Assembly: GCA_963662465.1 (NCBI GenBank)
Contig: OY759599.1
Location: 5,408,001-5,472,000 of the forward strand
DNA length: 64,000 nt
Source: Desulfatiglandales bacterium
Lineage (GTDB): Bacteria; Desulfobacterota; DSM-4660; Desulfatiglandales; Desulfatiglandaceae
Direction of reading: 5' to 3'
In this document: piece after piece, positions 31,633-40,841 of the stretch
How the letters are laid out: each line of letters opens with the position of its first letter
Position numbering within the stretch: the first letter of the stretch is position 1
Position numbers and translations under genes: made by a program
Notes under the pieces: generated by a model
Told to the model about the DNA's origin: nothing
The model's database searches: none
Seen by the model: the letters and a program-made list of their open reading frames with translations, nothing else

Positions 31633-32489
31633 GGTGATAATTCGATAAGACATTGCTTTTTTAAGGGACACGCATAGAGAAAAACAGCTTGTGGTTCAAG
31701 AGAAAACAAACCATCAGATTTTTGGTATTGGTTCCGGGTGAAGCAATCGAAGGGTGGAGGTGGTTGCCGCAGGACTTGATGTGAAGACTCAGGTCTCACA
31801 AAACGTTAGGAATTCAGACTTTTCCAGGCTAATTTGAGAGCCACTAAAAGGCAATTCACAACCGCTAAAATAAAATACAGTATCAGAGCCCATTTCAATT
31901 AAAATTGAAAACACCCTTGTTTTAATTGAAAATATAAGAAATGAAATTTCAAATTTTATAAAATATCAATACCCCCAAATCATATCTTTCCAGCCCTATC
32001 TGTGTAGGGGAAATAGTAACCACCCGAAAGTCACTGCTTTTGGTTGCCCTTTCCAAAGCAAGAAAAGCCTGGCCCAATCTGTAAACATTTGATTGTAATA
32101 GATTATTTTATCATTTGCATTTCCATTTGACCTGCTGATCAATCTATAAAAAATAGTTAGTTTCGACAAAATGATCAAAAAAAGCATAAAATTCAACAAA
32201 ATCTGGGTTACTATTTCCATCATACAGTTAGTGCGGGAATTTAGCTAAATTGAATACTTTTTGGGGGATACAGATATAATGGTTTTTACGGATTCGATAT
32301 GGAAACATTTTGCTCTAATTTCTATTGTGATTGTGGCGAGATATCGGTGTTTGCATTGAATTCAGAAAGCAGTATGAGCGCTGAAAATGGTCCCGAAACG
32401 GCCAGGGTTTTCTGGTGTTGGCATCATCCTGGAAAAGTCTGGCTATAGACTACATTTCGGCAAATACGTGATTCAGCACTGGAAACTTC

Positions 32490-32535
32490 TTTACAATATG
32501 GCAACTGACCGTTATATTTAGGGCAAGTGCCAATA
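32490..32535 (+). promoter_or_regulatory. Sigma-70 promoter and candidate operator of the TA operon
   Basis: TTTACA-17 nt-TATATT; GGCAAGTGCC palindrome just downstream and related GGCAACTGAC in the spacer. Confidence 0.6.
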
Positions 32536-32554
32536 GATACTCTGGAGGGTTGTC

Positions 32555-32959
32555 ATGCATGTTCTTTCGCTCAACATTAAAACCGACACAACCGATCAAA
32601 TGATCGCTCGCCTCAAAGAAGGACTCCCCGCTGAGTCATTTGATCGACTCCGCCAGCGACTGAATATTTCCGATAATGCTCTGGCCAAGATTGTCCAAAT
32701 ACCAAAACGGACTTTGGATCGTCGGCGTCAGTCCGGGAAACTGAGGACCGACGAGTCAGAGCGTATTTTTCGTCTTGCCCGGGTTTATGATATGGCTGAG
32801 AGTGTGTTTGGCAACCCCAAGAAAGCTGAGAGCTGGTTAAAAAAACCGGCCCGGGGCCTGGGGGGCAAAATCCCCTTGGAATATGCGGATACAGACTTAG
32901 GGGCCCTCGAAGTGATCAACCTGCTCGGAAGGGTTGAGCACGGGGTCTTCCCCGGATGA
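32555..32959 (+). CDS. Xre/MbcA/ParS-type antitoxin
   Basis: N-terminal HTH; WLKKPARGLGGKIPL..G..EVINLLGRVEHG; ATGA overlap with the toxin. Confidence 0.92.
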   Translation: MHVLSLNIKTDTTDQMIARLKEGLPAESFDRLRQRLNISDNALAKIVQIPKRTLDRRRQSGKLRTDESERIFRLARVYDMAESVFGNPKKAESWLKKPARGLGGKIPLEYADTDLGALEVINLLGRVEHGVFPG

Positions 32960-33429
32960 AAATCACTGCATGGCGAATCACAAAAGAAAGACATGCAAAA
33001 GATGCTTTTTCAGGAGAAGGCGCCAAACTGTACGGTGGTCGCTGGAACCCACCCGGATATGCGGCTATATACGCCGCTGACAGTTTATCACTGACCATTT
33101 TGGAATTGATTGTCCATCTGGAAGACGATGAAGATTTGAAGGACTTTGTAGCCATCCCGGTTGAGTTTGATGACACAAAAGTCACCATATTGCCTAAAAA
33201 CAAGCTGCCCGGGAACTGGTCGTGCCTGCCGGTTTCAAATCAAACGCAGGATATCGGGAAAAAATGGCTTGAGGAGGGAAAAAGCCTGGTTTTGGAAGTC
33301 CCGTCCTCAGTGGTTCCCAACGACAGCAATTTTGTCATCAATCCGCTGCACCCTGATTTCCCCTCACTGCAAAAAGGCACTCCCCATCCGTTGAAAATAG
33401 ATCCAAGGGTGGCAAACAGAATTCAGTAA
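32956..33429 (+). CDS. RES-domain toxin
   Basis: SGEGA..GGRWN..YAADSLSLTILE..VPSSVVP..NFVINPLHP. Confidence 0.93.
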   Translation: MKITAWRITKERHAKDAFSGEGAKLYGGRWNPPGYAAIYAADSLSLTILELIVHLEDDEDLKDFVAIPVEFDDTKVTILPKNKLPGNWSCLPVSNQTQDIGKKWLEEGKSLVLEVPSSVVPNDSNFVINPLHPDFPSLQKGTPHPLKIDPRVANRIQ

Positions 33430-33504
33430 AGTCTCCGGCAGTGGCCGGTTTGAACGGCAATGGCGCTTTCTTTCTGTGTGAGCGGCTTCCAGCCGCGAAT
33501 GGAA

Positions 33505-34797
33505 TCAAACGGTCAAAATCAATAATTCTCTAACCCGCTGCGCCCGTTGCCGCAACCGCTCAGCCCCCCTTTGGTTCCCACGCTTCGATTCAATAAATGC
33601 CAGTTGATTCAGTGCTTCAAAATGGTCCGGATTCAGATAAACGGCTTTATTAAAAAATGCTTCGGCCTTCGCTTCATTGTGCAGGGCTTCATAAATCAAT
33701 CCCATAAGAAAATGAGCCTCTGCATGCACGGGATTGTCGTCCAAAAACACCTCGCAGAGTTCAAGGGCTTTGGGAAGCGCACCTTGGTCCGCCAGGGTAC
33801 GGGCCTTTAAAAATAGATCGGCCTTTTCTTCGGATGGCGGAACCGGGGCCGTGGGTTCGGATCGATTTGGGTATTCGGGCGCCGTTGTGGAAAGAAGATC
33901 ATTTGCAGCCACGGGTTTCAGGATGGATTTTGCCTTCTTCGCATGAATCCCCCCGTTCAAGGTCGGTCGGGTGGAACGGACCGACGGGGCTGGACCATGG
34001 GACTCTCGGCATCGTTTGCGGCAGGCAAAAACGCCGGTTTCGTGGACGGCGTCAAAGCCCCAGTCCAGGGCAGCCTGCCGCTCCGCGTGACCGCAAAAAA
34101 AGATGCCGGTTTCATCCAGCAATCGACTCATGGTTTCAAGGGTTTTATTCCTTGCCGCGGGACTCATGTAAATCATCAAATTCCGACAAAAAATGACGTC
34201 ATAGGGGCCTCCGACCGCAAACCGCTTATCCAGCACATTGCCGCACTTGAACCGAACCGATTCCCTCACATGGGAGAAGAGTTGGTATCCATCATCCCGA
34301 GGGTGGAAATAACGGTTCCTAAAGCCCAGATCCTTGCCTCGAAAAGACCCCTGCCCGTACACCCCGAGCTTTGCTTTTGAAAGGGCGCCTTCACTGATGT
34401 CAATGCCGTCAATATGAAAACGGTCTTTCTTAATCCCGGCGTCCATGAACGCCATGGCGATGGAAAAGGGTTCCTCACCCGTGGAACAGGGGATGCTTAA
34501 AACACGAAGGGGCCTGCTCGGATTTTTAGAAAGCCGGAAATCCCCTGCAAAACGAACGAGATAATCAAATACTTTCCGGTTCCTGAAAAACCAGGTTTCC
34601 GGCACCACCACCATTTCGATCAGATGGTTCCACTCCTCATTTGAACCGACCAGGTATTTTACATAAGCATCCACATGGGTCAATCCACACCGGTTCATTC
34701 GCCGCCGGATGGCTTTTTTGATCACCTCTCCGCCGATGGCGGCGGCATCCAGCCCGATCTTTTCCTCAAGTAACGATTCAATGATGTTCTGTGTCAT
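33505..34797 (-). CDS. wspC: CheR-type methyltransferase with C-terminal TPR (WspC-like)
   Basis: VVVPETWFFR, PCSTGEEPFS, DVIFCRNLMIY; TPR tail KAVYLNPDH. Confidence 0.85.
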   Translation of the reverse strand: MTQNIIESLLEEKIGLDAAAIGGEVIKKAIRRRMNRCGLTHVDAYVKYLVGSNEEWNHLIEMVVVPETWFFRNRKVFDYLVRFAGDFRLSKNPSRPLRVLSIPCSTGEEPFSIAMAFMDAGIKKDRFHIDGIDISEGALSKAKLGVYGQGSFRGKDLGFRNRYFHPRDDGYQLFSHVRESVRFKCGNVLDKRFAVGGPYDVIFCRNLMIYMSPAARNKTLETMSRLLDETGIFFCGHAERQAALDWGFDAVHETGVFACRKRCRESHGPAPSVRSTRPTLNGGIHAKKAKSILKPVAANDLLSTTAPEYPNRSEPTAPVPPSEEKADLFLKARTLADQGALPKALELCEVFLDDNPVHAEAHFLMGLIYEALHNEAKAEAFFNKAVYLNPDHFEALNQLAFIESKRGNQRGAERLRQRAQRVRELLILTV

Positions 34798-35251
34798 GAT
34801 GAGCATTTTCAAGCGCGGGCAAAAATTGAAAGCTTTCAGGCAAAAGATCTAAATCCACATATTGAATCATTTCTTCATCTTCCATCATCAGGGCGCCCAG
34901 ATACGGCGCTTCTTTCATATGCAGGCCGGGGGTCAAAAAGGCGCTATCTTCTTTCCTCGCGGTTTCCGTAACCCGTTCGGCCATAAGCCCAAGAATATAG
35001 GGAGTATTGTCGTCCTTAAGGTAATCAACCAGGATAACCCGCGTACTCATGCGCATCTCACAGGGTTGTCCCTGAATGAGACGGCGCAGATCAATCACGG
35101 GAACAATAACCCCTCGATAGTTGAAAAGACCGGCAACATAGACCGGCGCATGGGGAACCTCTTTCAGCTTTACGATGGGGGCAACCTCCCTGATCCGATC
35201 GCATTTCATGGTGTACATGATGTTACCCAGATGGAACAGCAATACAAGCAT
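34778..35251 (-). CDS. wspB: CheW-type adaptor (WspB-like)
   Basis: AGLFNYRGVIVPVIDL, STRVILV, LGLMAERVT, APYLG. Confidence 0.85.
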   Translation of the reverse strand: MLVLLFHLGNIMYTMKCDRIREVAPIVKLKEVPHAPVYVAGLFNYRGVIVPVIDLRRLIQGQPCEMRMSTRVILVDYLKDDNTPYILGLMAERVTETARKEDSAFLTPGLHMKEAPYLGALMMEDEEMIQYVDLDLLPESFQFLPALENAHHDTEHH

Positions 35252-35290
35252 GGTTTTTTCCCCGTTACGGAAGGATATCAAGATTAAGGG

Positions 35291-36013
35291 TCAGTATGCC
35301 GCCACAATCCGGTCATAGTGACCGTTTGCCATAATAATGGCCAACCCTTCGTCCAACTTTTCCGCGTAATATTGCGCCTTCGGAAAAGTTTTTGAAAAGG
35401 CCGCGTAAATATTCAAGCTCTCGCTGTCAAAAGCCTTGACGATCTTGCCGGTCATCCCGTTTTCAGCAATAATTTTTTTCGCGGTTTTCTCATAGAGGAT
35501 TGTGGCGTCCAATCTTCCCCTGGCCAGCTTCCTCAAATTCAGCAGATCCGATCTGACCGGAATTTTGACGATGCGGTCATTTTTCGAAAAAAAATCCCCA
35601 TAGCCATAGTCGAACACCACTCCGATTTTCTCACCATGAACCAGATCTTCTTTTTTTTCGGCGGACAAGGGGTTGCCCGTGTTGTGATAATACGCCGAAT
35701 GGGCAATAAAAAGGGGTGTATTTCCAAATATGTAAATCTTTTCGATGGCGCTTTCCCTGGGCACGTTAAAGACCCCCAGGATCAGGCCGTCCTTGACCTC
35801 CTTCAGCAAACGGTTATAGGGACCCACCTTAAAAGAGACATCAACCCCGACGAACTTATACGCCGCCGCGACAATCTCATTGGCCATTCCCGTGCCATCC
35901 GGATTTGCATAAGGCGACCAATCATTTTCAGCTCCCAGGGTGATGGTCTCCGCGAAACTGAGGGAAAAAGACCCTAACAAACATGCCAGAACCATCAAAA
36001 CCTTTCGCGTCAT
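35291..36013 (-). CDS. Periplasmic solute-binding protein (SBP family 3-like)
   Basis: Signal peptide; ENDWSPY, GRLDA, DEGL..NGHYDRI. Confidence 0.85.
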   Translation of the reverse strand: MTRKVLMVLACLLGSFSLSFAETITLGAENDWSPYANPDGTGMANEIVAAAYKFVGVDVSFKVGPYNRLLKEVKDGLILGVFNVPRESAIEKIYIFGNTPLFIAHSAYYHNTGNPLSAEKKEDLVHGEKIGVVFDYGYGDFFSKNDRIVKIPVRSDLLNLRKLARGRLDATILYEKTAKKIIAENGMTGKIVKAFDSESLNIYAAFSKTFPKAQYYAEKLDEGLAIIMANGHYDRIVAAY

Positions 36014-36030
36014 AAAGTCCCTCCCTGCCC

Positions 36031-36129
36031 TTAGCTGTTAGCTATTAGCTGTTCGGTCTGTAGTTGTCTAAATGCTTATCGCGTATCGTTGTTAAGCTAA
36101 AAGCTAAAAGCTGACGGCTAATAGCTAAC
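36031..36129. repeat. Inverted pair of heptamer arrays (TTAGCTR)n ... (NAGCTAA)n
   Basis: ttagctg ttagcta ttagctg ... aagctaa aagctaa aagctga cggctaa tagctaa. Confidence 0.75.
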
Positions 36130-36139
36130 AAGGCAGCTT

Positions 36140-37792
36140 TCAATTCACTTTAAACCGCGACACCTCATCCTGCAACCCTCTTGCCGCCTCATTTAATTGT
36201 TCAATGGCGTCATAAGATTCGTGAAGGGATTCCATGGTCTGCTGCATCTCTTCACTCAGGTTAACGATGGCGGTATTGATTTCCATGGCGTTTGTGGATT
36301 GCTGCCCCATGGCCACATTTACATTTTCGAAGCTGGGGGAGAGCGCTTTGACCTGCTCGATGATCTTGGCCAGTTGCGCGCTGATCCGACCCACGTCTTC
36401 CGCGCTTCGCTTGACCTCTCCAATAAACTTATCCATCTCCATCACGCCCGCAGAAACCGCCGTCTGCATTTCCTGAACCATCTGCTCAATATCCAGGGTC
36501 GCCACCGCCGTTTGGTCCGCAAGCCGCCTGATTTCGCGGGCCACCACATTGAACCCGCGGCCGTATTCCCCCGCTTTTTCGGCTTCAATGGCCGCATTAA
36601 GGGACAGCAGGTTGGTTTGATCGGCCACCTTGGTGATGGTCACCACGACGGTGGTAATATTTTCGGCCTTCTCGTTGATGGTTTCCAATCGGCCCGAAAT
36701 GGATTTGGATGCGGATTCCATGTTGTGCATGGCCTCTTCCATCCGGCCCAGGTCCGACTGCCCTTTGCCGGCAAATCCGGCGGTTTCCTGGCTCATGGCC
36801 GCTACCTGGTCCATGGTCTTTACCAGTTCATTGGCTACCTGGGAAATCTCCTCCACGGACATCACCACCTTGTTGGTGGATGCCAGCTGGTTGCCCATGG
36901 TGGTCTCCTGCTCCCTGGCGGTGGCGGCCAGTTCCGTGGATGAAGAGGTGACCTGTATGCCGGATCGCTGGACCTGCCCCAGAACCATTCGAAAGGACGC
37001 CGCCATTTCGTCTATGGCTTTGAGCAAAACACCCACTTCATCCTTTCGCCGGGTATCAATGCTGACGGCGAGATTGAAGTCAGATAGCTGGCGGGCAACT
37101 TTTGACACGCTTTTGAGCGGTTTTAACACCAGGGCCCGGAGAAAAAAAATCAGGGAAATCACCAAGACAAACAAAATGAGAAACACGCCAATGCTCTGGC
37201 TGACAATGGCGCCTTCCAATTGCGACCGCGATGTCGCCTCGAATTTATTCGTATCCAGAGATGCATCTTTTTTCAGGGCCTGAATTTTCCGTTTCAGGAC
37301 GGCATCCGAATAAAAAATCTGAAAACCGCCGATTTTTTTATCATCCCTCACACATTCCATTTGGGTAGACAAGTCTTTATTGAGATCGAGATCCTCCGGG
37401 AGTGCGTTGCCGATTTCCACATTAGGATTTCGCCAGGCGGCGGCAAAGGGCTTTCCACGTTCATCCAGCACCTTGATGGCCTCAATTTGCTCGTAGTTCA
37501 TAAAAGGGCGCAGGGACTGTTTAAGGCCTTCCTGGTCCAGATTATACAAATAAGCGGCGCCGATGCCATTCAGGATTTCGTTACTGAAGGCGATGCTCTG
37601 CTTCAGGGAGCGTTTTTCCTCCATCTCCCGGTCATTGATAAGCTCATGGTAACCCCTCAGAATTTCATCCGTAAAAGTATCCACCATTCTAATTTCAAAA
37701 CGGATCAGGATGTATCCACCCAGCAACACCAGAAGACATACGATGCCGGATGTGGATGCCACGATTTTTGTGACGATGCTCCAGTTTTTCAT
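36140..37792 (-). CDS. Methyl-accepting chemotaxis protein (WspA-like)
   Basis: Two TMs, HAMP, ITKVADQTNLLSLNAAIEAEKAGEYGRGF. Confidence 0.93.
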   Translation of the reverse strand: MKNWSIVTKIVASTSGIVCLLVLLGGYILIRFEIRMVDTFTDEILRGYHELINDREMEEKRSLKQSIAFSNEILNGIGAAYLYNLDQEGLKQSLRPFMNYEQIEAIKVLDERGKPFAAAWRNPNVEIGNALPEDLDLNKDLSTQMECVRDDKKIGGFQIFYSDAVLKRKIQALKKDASLDTNKFEATSRSQLEGAIVSQSIGVFLILFVLVISLIFFLRALVLKPLKSVSKVARQLSDFNLAVSIDTRRKDEVGVLLKAIDEMAASFRMVLGQVQRSGIQVTSSSTELAATAREQETTMGNQLASTNKVVMSVEEISQVANELVKTMDQVAAMSQETAGFAGKGQSDLGRMEEAMHNMESASKSISGRLETINEKAENITTVVVTITKVADQTNLLSLNAAIEAEKAGEYGRGFNVVAREIRRLADQTAVATLDIEQMVQEMQTAVSAGVMEMDKFIGEVKRSAEDVGRISAQLAKIIEQVKALSPSFENVNVAMGQQSTNAMEINTAIVNLSEEMQQTMESLHESYDAIEQLNEAARGLQDEVSRFKVN

Positions 37793-37807
37793 TGCCGCCT
37801 CATTTGA

Positions 37808-38578
37808 TTATTTTGAAATGTATTGGTTGATAATATCATCATAGCGTCCGCTCTCCCGCAACTGCTTCAGCCCCTCATTAAAATCATCCCGCACCTTTTT
37901 GTCAACAAATCCCACTCGAAAAGAGACCATGGGGAAAATGTACCACATGTCGATAGGTTGCGTTGTATCCACCATGGTGTTTTGCTTTCGATGGTAGTAA
38001 AAGATGTTTTTGTCCAAAACAATAACATCCACGCGATCACCATACAACAGATTGATCTGCAGTTGTTGCTTGCTGATTTCACGGTAATCGGGAGACGCCG
38101 CAGCCGCGGCGGCAAAGTCTTTGCCCAGATACTTCCCGGCGTCCTGAAAGGTCAGAATACTTTTGTCCTTAAGATCAATGATCTTTTGAATGTTAAATTT
38201 ATTTTTTTTTAGACTGATGGCCACATTTTCACAAACAATGTGCTCATCGGACAAAAAGACATCGATTCCGGAATTTTCATTGACCGTCAGCACCCCATCC
38301 ACTTCCCCACCCAGCACTTCCCGAATTCTCCGGGCAAAGGGAACATATTTCGTCTTGATCCGATACCCTTTCATTTCCAGTGCTTCCCGAACAATATCCG
38401 TTTCGATGCCGCATTTTTGTTTCGGGCCACTGCTTTGTTTTGGAATATTGTAGGGCGCAAGCGCCAACCCCACGGCAAAGGTCAGCTCCCTGGGGTCAGC
38501 ATGGACTGTTGGACATAGAAATGCCGCGGCCATTACCGGTATAAAAATAAGGCGGAAAGCCCTTACCAAAATTCTCAC
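37808..38578 (-). CDS. Periplasmic solute-binding protein (SBP family 3-like)
   Basis: Signal peptide; LAPY..GIETDI, RVDVIVLD, FNEGLKQLRESGRYDDI. Confidence 0.85.
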   Translation of the reverse strand: MRILVRAFRLIFIPVMAAAFLCPTVHADPRELTFAVGLALAPYNIPKQSSGPKQKCGIETDIVREALEMKGYRIKTKYVPFARRIREVLGGEVDGVLTVNENSGIDVFLSDEHIVCENVAISLKKNKFNIQKIIDLKDKSILTFQDAGKYLGKDFAAAAAASPDYREISKQQLQINLLYGDRVDVIVLDKNIFYYHRKQNTMVDTTQPIDMWYIFPMVSFRVGFVDKKVRDDFNEGLKQLRESGRYDDIINQYISK

Positions 38579-38600
38579 TGAAAGTCCCCCCTCTTTACAT

Positions 38601-40808
38601 TCAGCCCGTCATGTTTTCATCTGAATGTTCGCTTACCCTGAAATTGGAAACTTCCTGTTGCAGCCCCCTTGCCGCCTCGTTCAGTTGCTCGATGGCTGAA
38701 AAGGATTCCCGCAATGATTCGGAAGTCGAACGGATTTCCCCACTCAGATGGGCCACGGCGCGATTGACCTTATGCGCGTTTTCGGACTGGTGGCCCATGG
38801 CCACGTTGACATCTTCAAAACTGGGGGAAAGGGCCTGGACCTGTTCAATAATCCGCGTCAACTGTCCGCTGATTTTGCCCACATCCTCGACACTCTGCTT
38901 CACCTCGGCAATAAATTTATCCATTTCCATCACACCCGCTGAAACCGCGGATTGCATGCCTTCCACCATCTGTTCGATGTCCAGGGTCGCCACAGCCGTC
39001 TGATCCGCCAATCTGCGAATTTCCCGCGCCACCACTTTGAACCCCCTGCCATATTCCCCCGCTTTTTCCGCTTCGATGGCCGCGTTGAGAGACAACAGGT
39101 TGGTCTGATCCGCCACCTTGGTAATGGTGGTCACCACATTGGTGATATTTTCGGCCTTTTCGTTGATGGCCTCCAATCGACCCGATATGGATTTGGATGC
39201 GGATTCCATGTGATGCATGGCATCTTCCATCCGCGCCAGGTCGCTCTGCCCTTTACTGGCGAATCCGGCGGTTTCCTGGCTTCTTTCAGCCACCTGCTGC
39301 ATGGTGGCCACCAGTTGGGTCGCCACGCTGGAGATTTCCTCCCCCGCCCGGCTCACACGATCCGTTGCCGTCGCCTGTTTGCTCATGGCAGCCTGCTGCT
39401 GTTTGGCGGTGGCCGCCAATTCCGTTGACGAGGACGTCACCTGAACCCCGGACCGCTGAACCTGCCCGACCAAAGCATTTAGGCTATCGGTCATGGTTTT
39501 GATGGAAACCAGCAATTCTCCCGTTTCATCGTCCGGAGATCCGGCAGCATCGCTTTTGCGGTCCTTCACCAGAGATTTCACGGCATCGGCGGCGGATGAC
39601 AGATTTCCTTTGGCGATCTCCCTGGCAATGCCCGTGATTTGAGTAATCCGCTGGGTGACTTTGTTCCCGAAAAAAAGCGCCACCCCCACAATGGGAATCA
39701 GCACCAGAATGCCGCTGATGAGCATCACCCAAAGCATCTGGGTCATGGCGGTTTCCACGTTGTTTTTGACGTTGTGATAATCATCTTCGTAAGTACCCGC
39801 CCCAATCACCCAGTCCCAGGGCTCGAAGTAGGTTAGCGCTGCCACCTTGGCTCGGGGCGTTTTTTCGCCTATGTTTTTCCAGAGATATCGATCATAACTC
39901 ACTTCGTTTCTTTTCAGCTGACCGGCTTTATTCACAATGGACCGAACATAATAGCGACCGTCGGCATCTTTGGAGTCCCATAAATTTTCACCATCCCGCC
40001 GGCCCCCCTTGCTGATGATGTAATGCCCACGGTGAAACATATGTTGACCGCCCAGAACGTAGACATATCCGCTCTTGCCCACTTTCATATCCATAATGGC
40101 CTGGCGCAACGAAGCAGACGCCTTAAAAGGGGATTCAGTGAATAACATTCCGATAATACGACCTTTTTTATTTTTCACACCCTTACAGGCGATGAAATGC
40201 CATCCATTTACAAGATCGGCAATACCGTAGAAAACCTGGTTGTTGAGGATATGCGAAATAACCGGATTGGGAACACCCTTTTGAACGGCCGGCTGGTAGA
40301 TATCCTTGAAACGATGGTTTTTGGAGGAAAAAATGGTCGTAGCAACCAGCACCATGTCGCCTGCTTCATTGACCCGCTGGAACAGACCGTAATTTCCACC
40401 AAACTTTTCCCGAATCAAATCAATGTAGGCCTCCGGCTCGGACAATCCTTCAATCAGCATTTTGGGAATGGCGATGGCTCTCTCTTGCCCGGTTGCAGGC
40501 GTAACGGCCTTTATGGAGACGGTTTCGGACGACAGGGAAAGCCCACCCATTTCTGTAAAAAAACCGTCCGCATCCTGCAGGCGACGGGTCAAATCTTTTT
40601 GAATCATTTTGCTGGTGGCCTCACAGGTATTATGGACCGCCAGTGCAATGTGTTCGATATTTTCGCGGGTGAGGTAATCCAGCTGGTCTTCAATTTTTTC
40701 GGTGACGCTCTTTTTTTCGATGGTGGTCAGAACAAGCATCACCAGCACCGGCAACACCGCCGCGACCACCGGAAGACCAATCACTTTGTGTCTCAGCATT
40801 AATTTCAT
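38601..40808 (-). CDS. Methyl-accepting chemotaxis protein with Cache-type periplasmic domains
   Basis: GKSGYVYV, DADGRY, YFEPWDWVIGAG; MCP signalling tip. Confidence 0.93.
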   Translation of the reverse strand: MKLMLRHKVIGLPVVAAVLPVLVMLVLTTIEKKSVTEKIEDQLDYLTRENIEHIALAVHNTCEATSKMIQKDLTRRLQDADGFFTEMGGLSLSSETVSIKAVTPATGQERAIAIPKMLIEGLSEPEAYIDLIREKFGGNYGLFQRVNEAGDMVLVATTIFSSKNHRFKDIYQPAVQKGVPNPVISHILNNQVFYGIADLVNGWHFIACKGVKNKKGRIIGMLFTESPFKASASLRQAIMDMKVGKSGYVYVLGGQHMFHRGHYIISKGGRRDGENLWDSKDADGRYYVRSIVNKAGQLKRNEVSYDRYLWKNIGEKTPRAKVAALTYFEPWDWVIGAGTYEDDYHNVKNNVETAMTQMLWVMLISGILVLIPIVGVALFFGNKVTQRITQITGIAREIAKGNLSSAADAVKSLVKDRKSDAAGSPDDETGELLVSIKTMTDSLNALVGQVQRSGVQVTSSSTELAATAKQQQAAMSKQATATDRVSRAGEEISSVATQLVATMQQVAERSQETAGFASKGQSDLARMEDAMHHMESASKSISGRLEAINEKAENITNVVTTITKVADQTNLLSLNAAIEAEKAGEYGRGFKVVAREIRRLADQTAVATLDIEQMVEGMQSAVSAGVMEMDKFIAEVKQSVEDVGKISGQLTRIIEQVQALSPSFEDVNVAMGHQSENAHKVNRAVAHLSGEIRSTSESLRESFSAIEQLNEAARGLQQEVSNFRVSEHSDENMTG

Positions 40809-40841
40809 GGTTGATGTCCTTGTTTCACCCGCTATTTAAGT

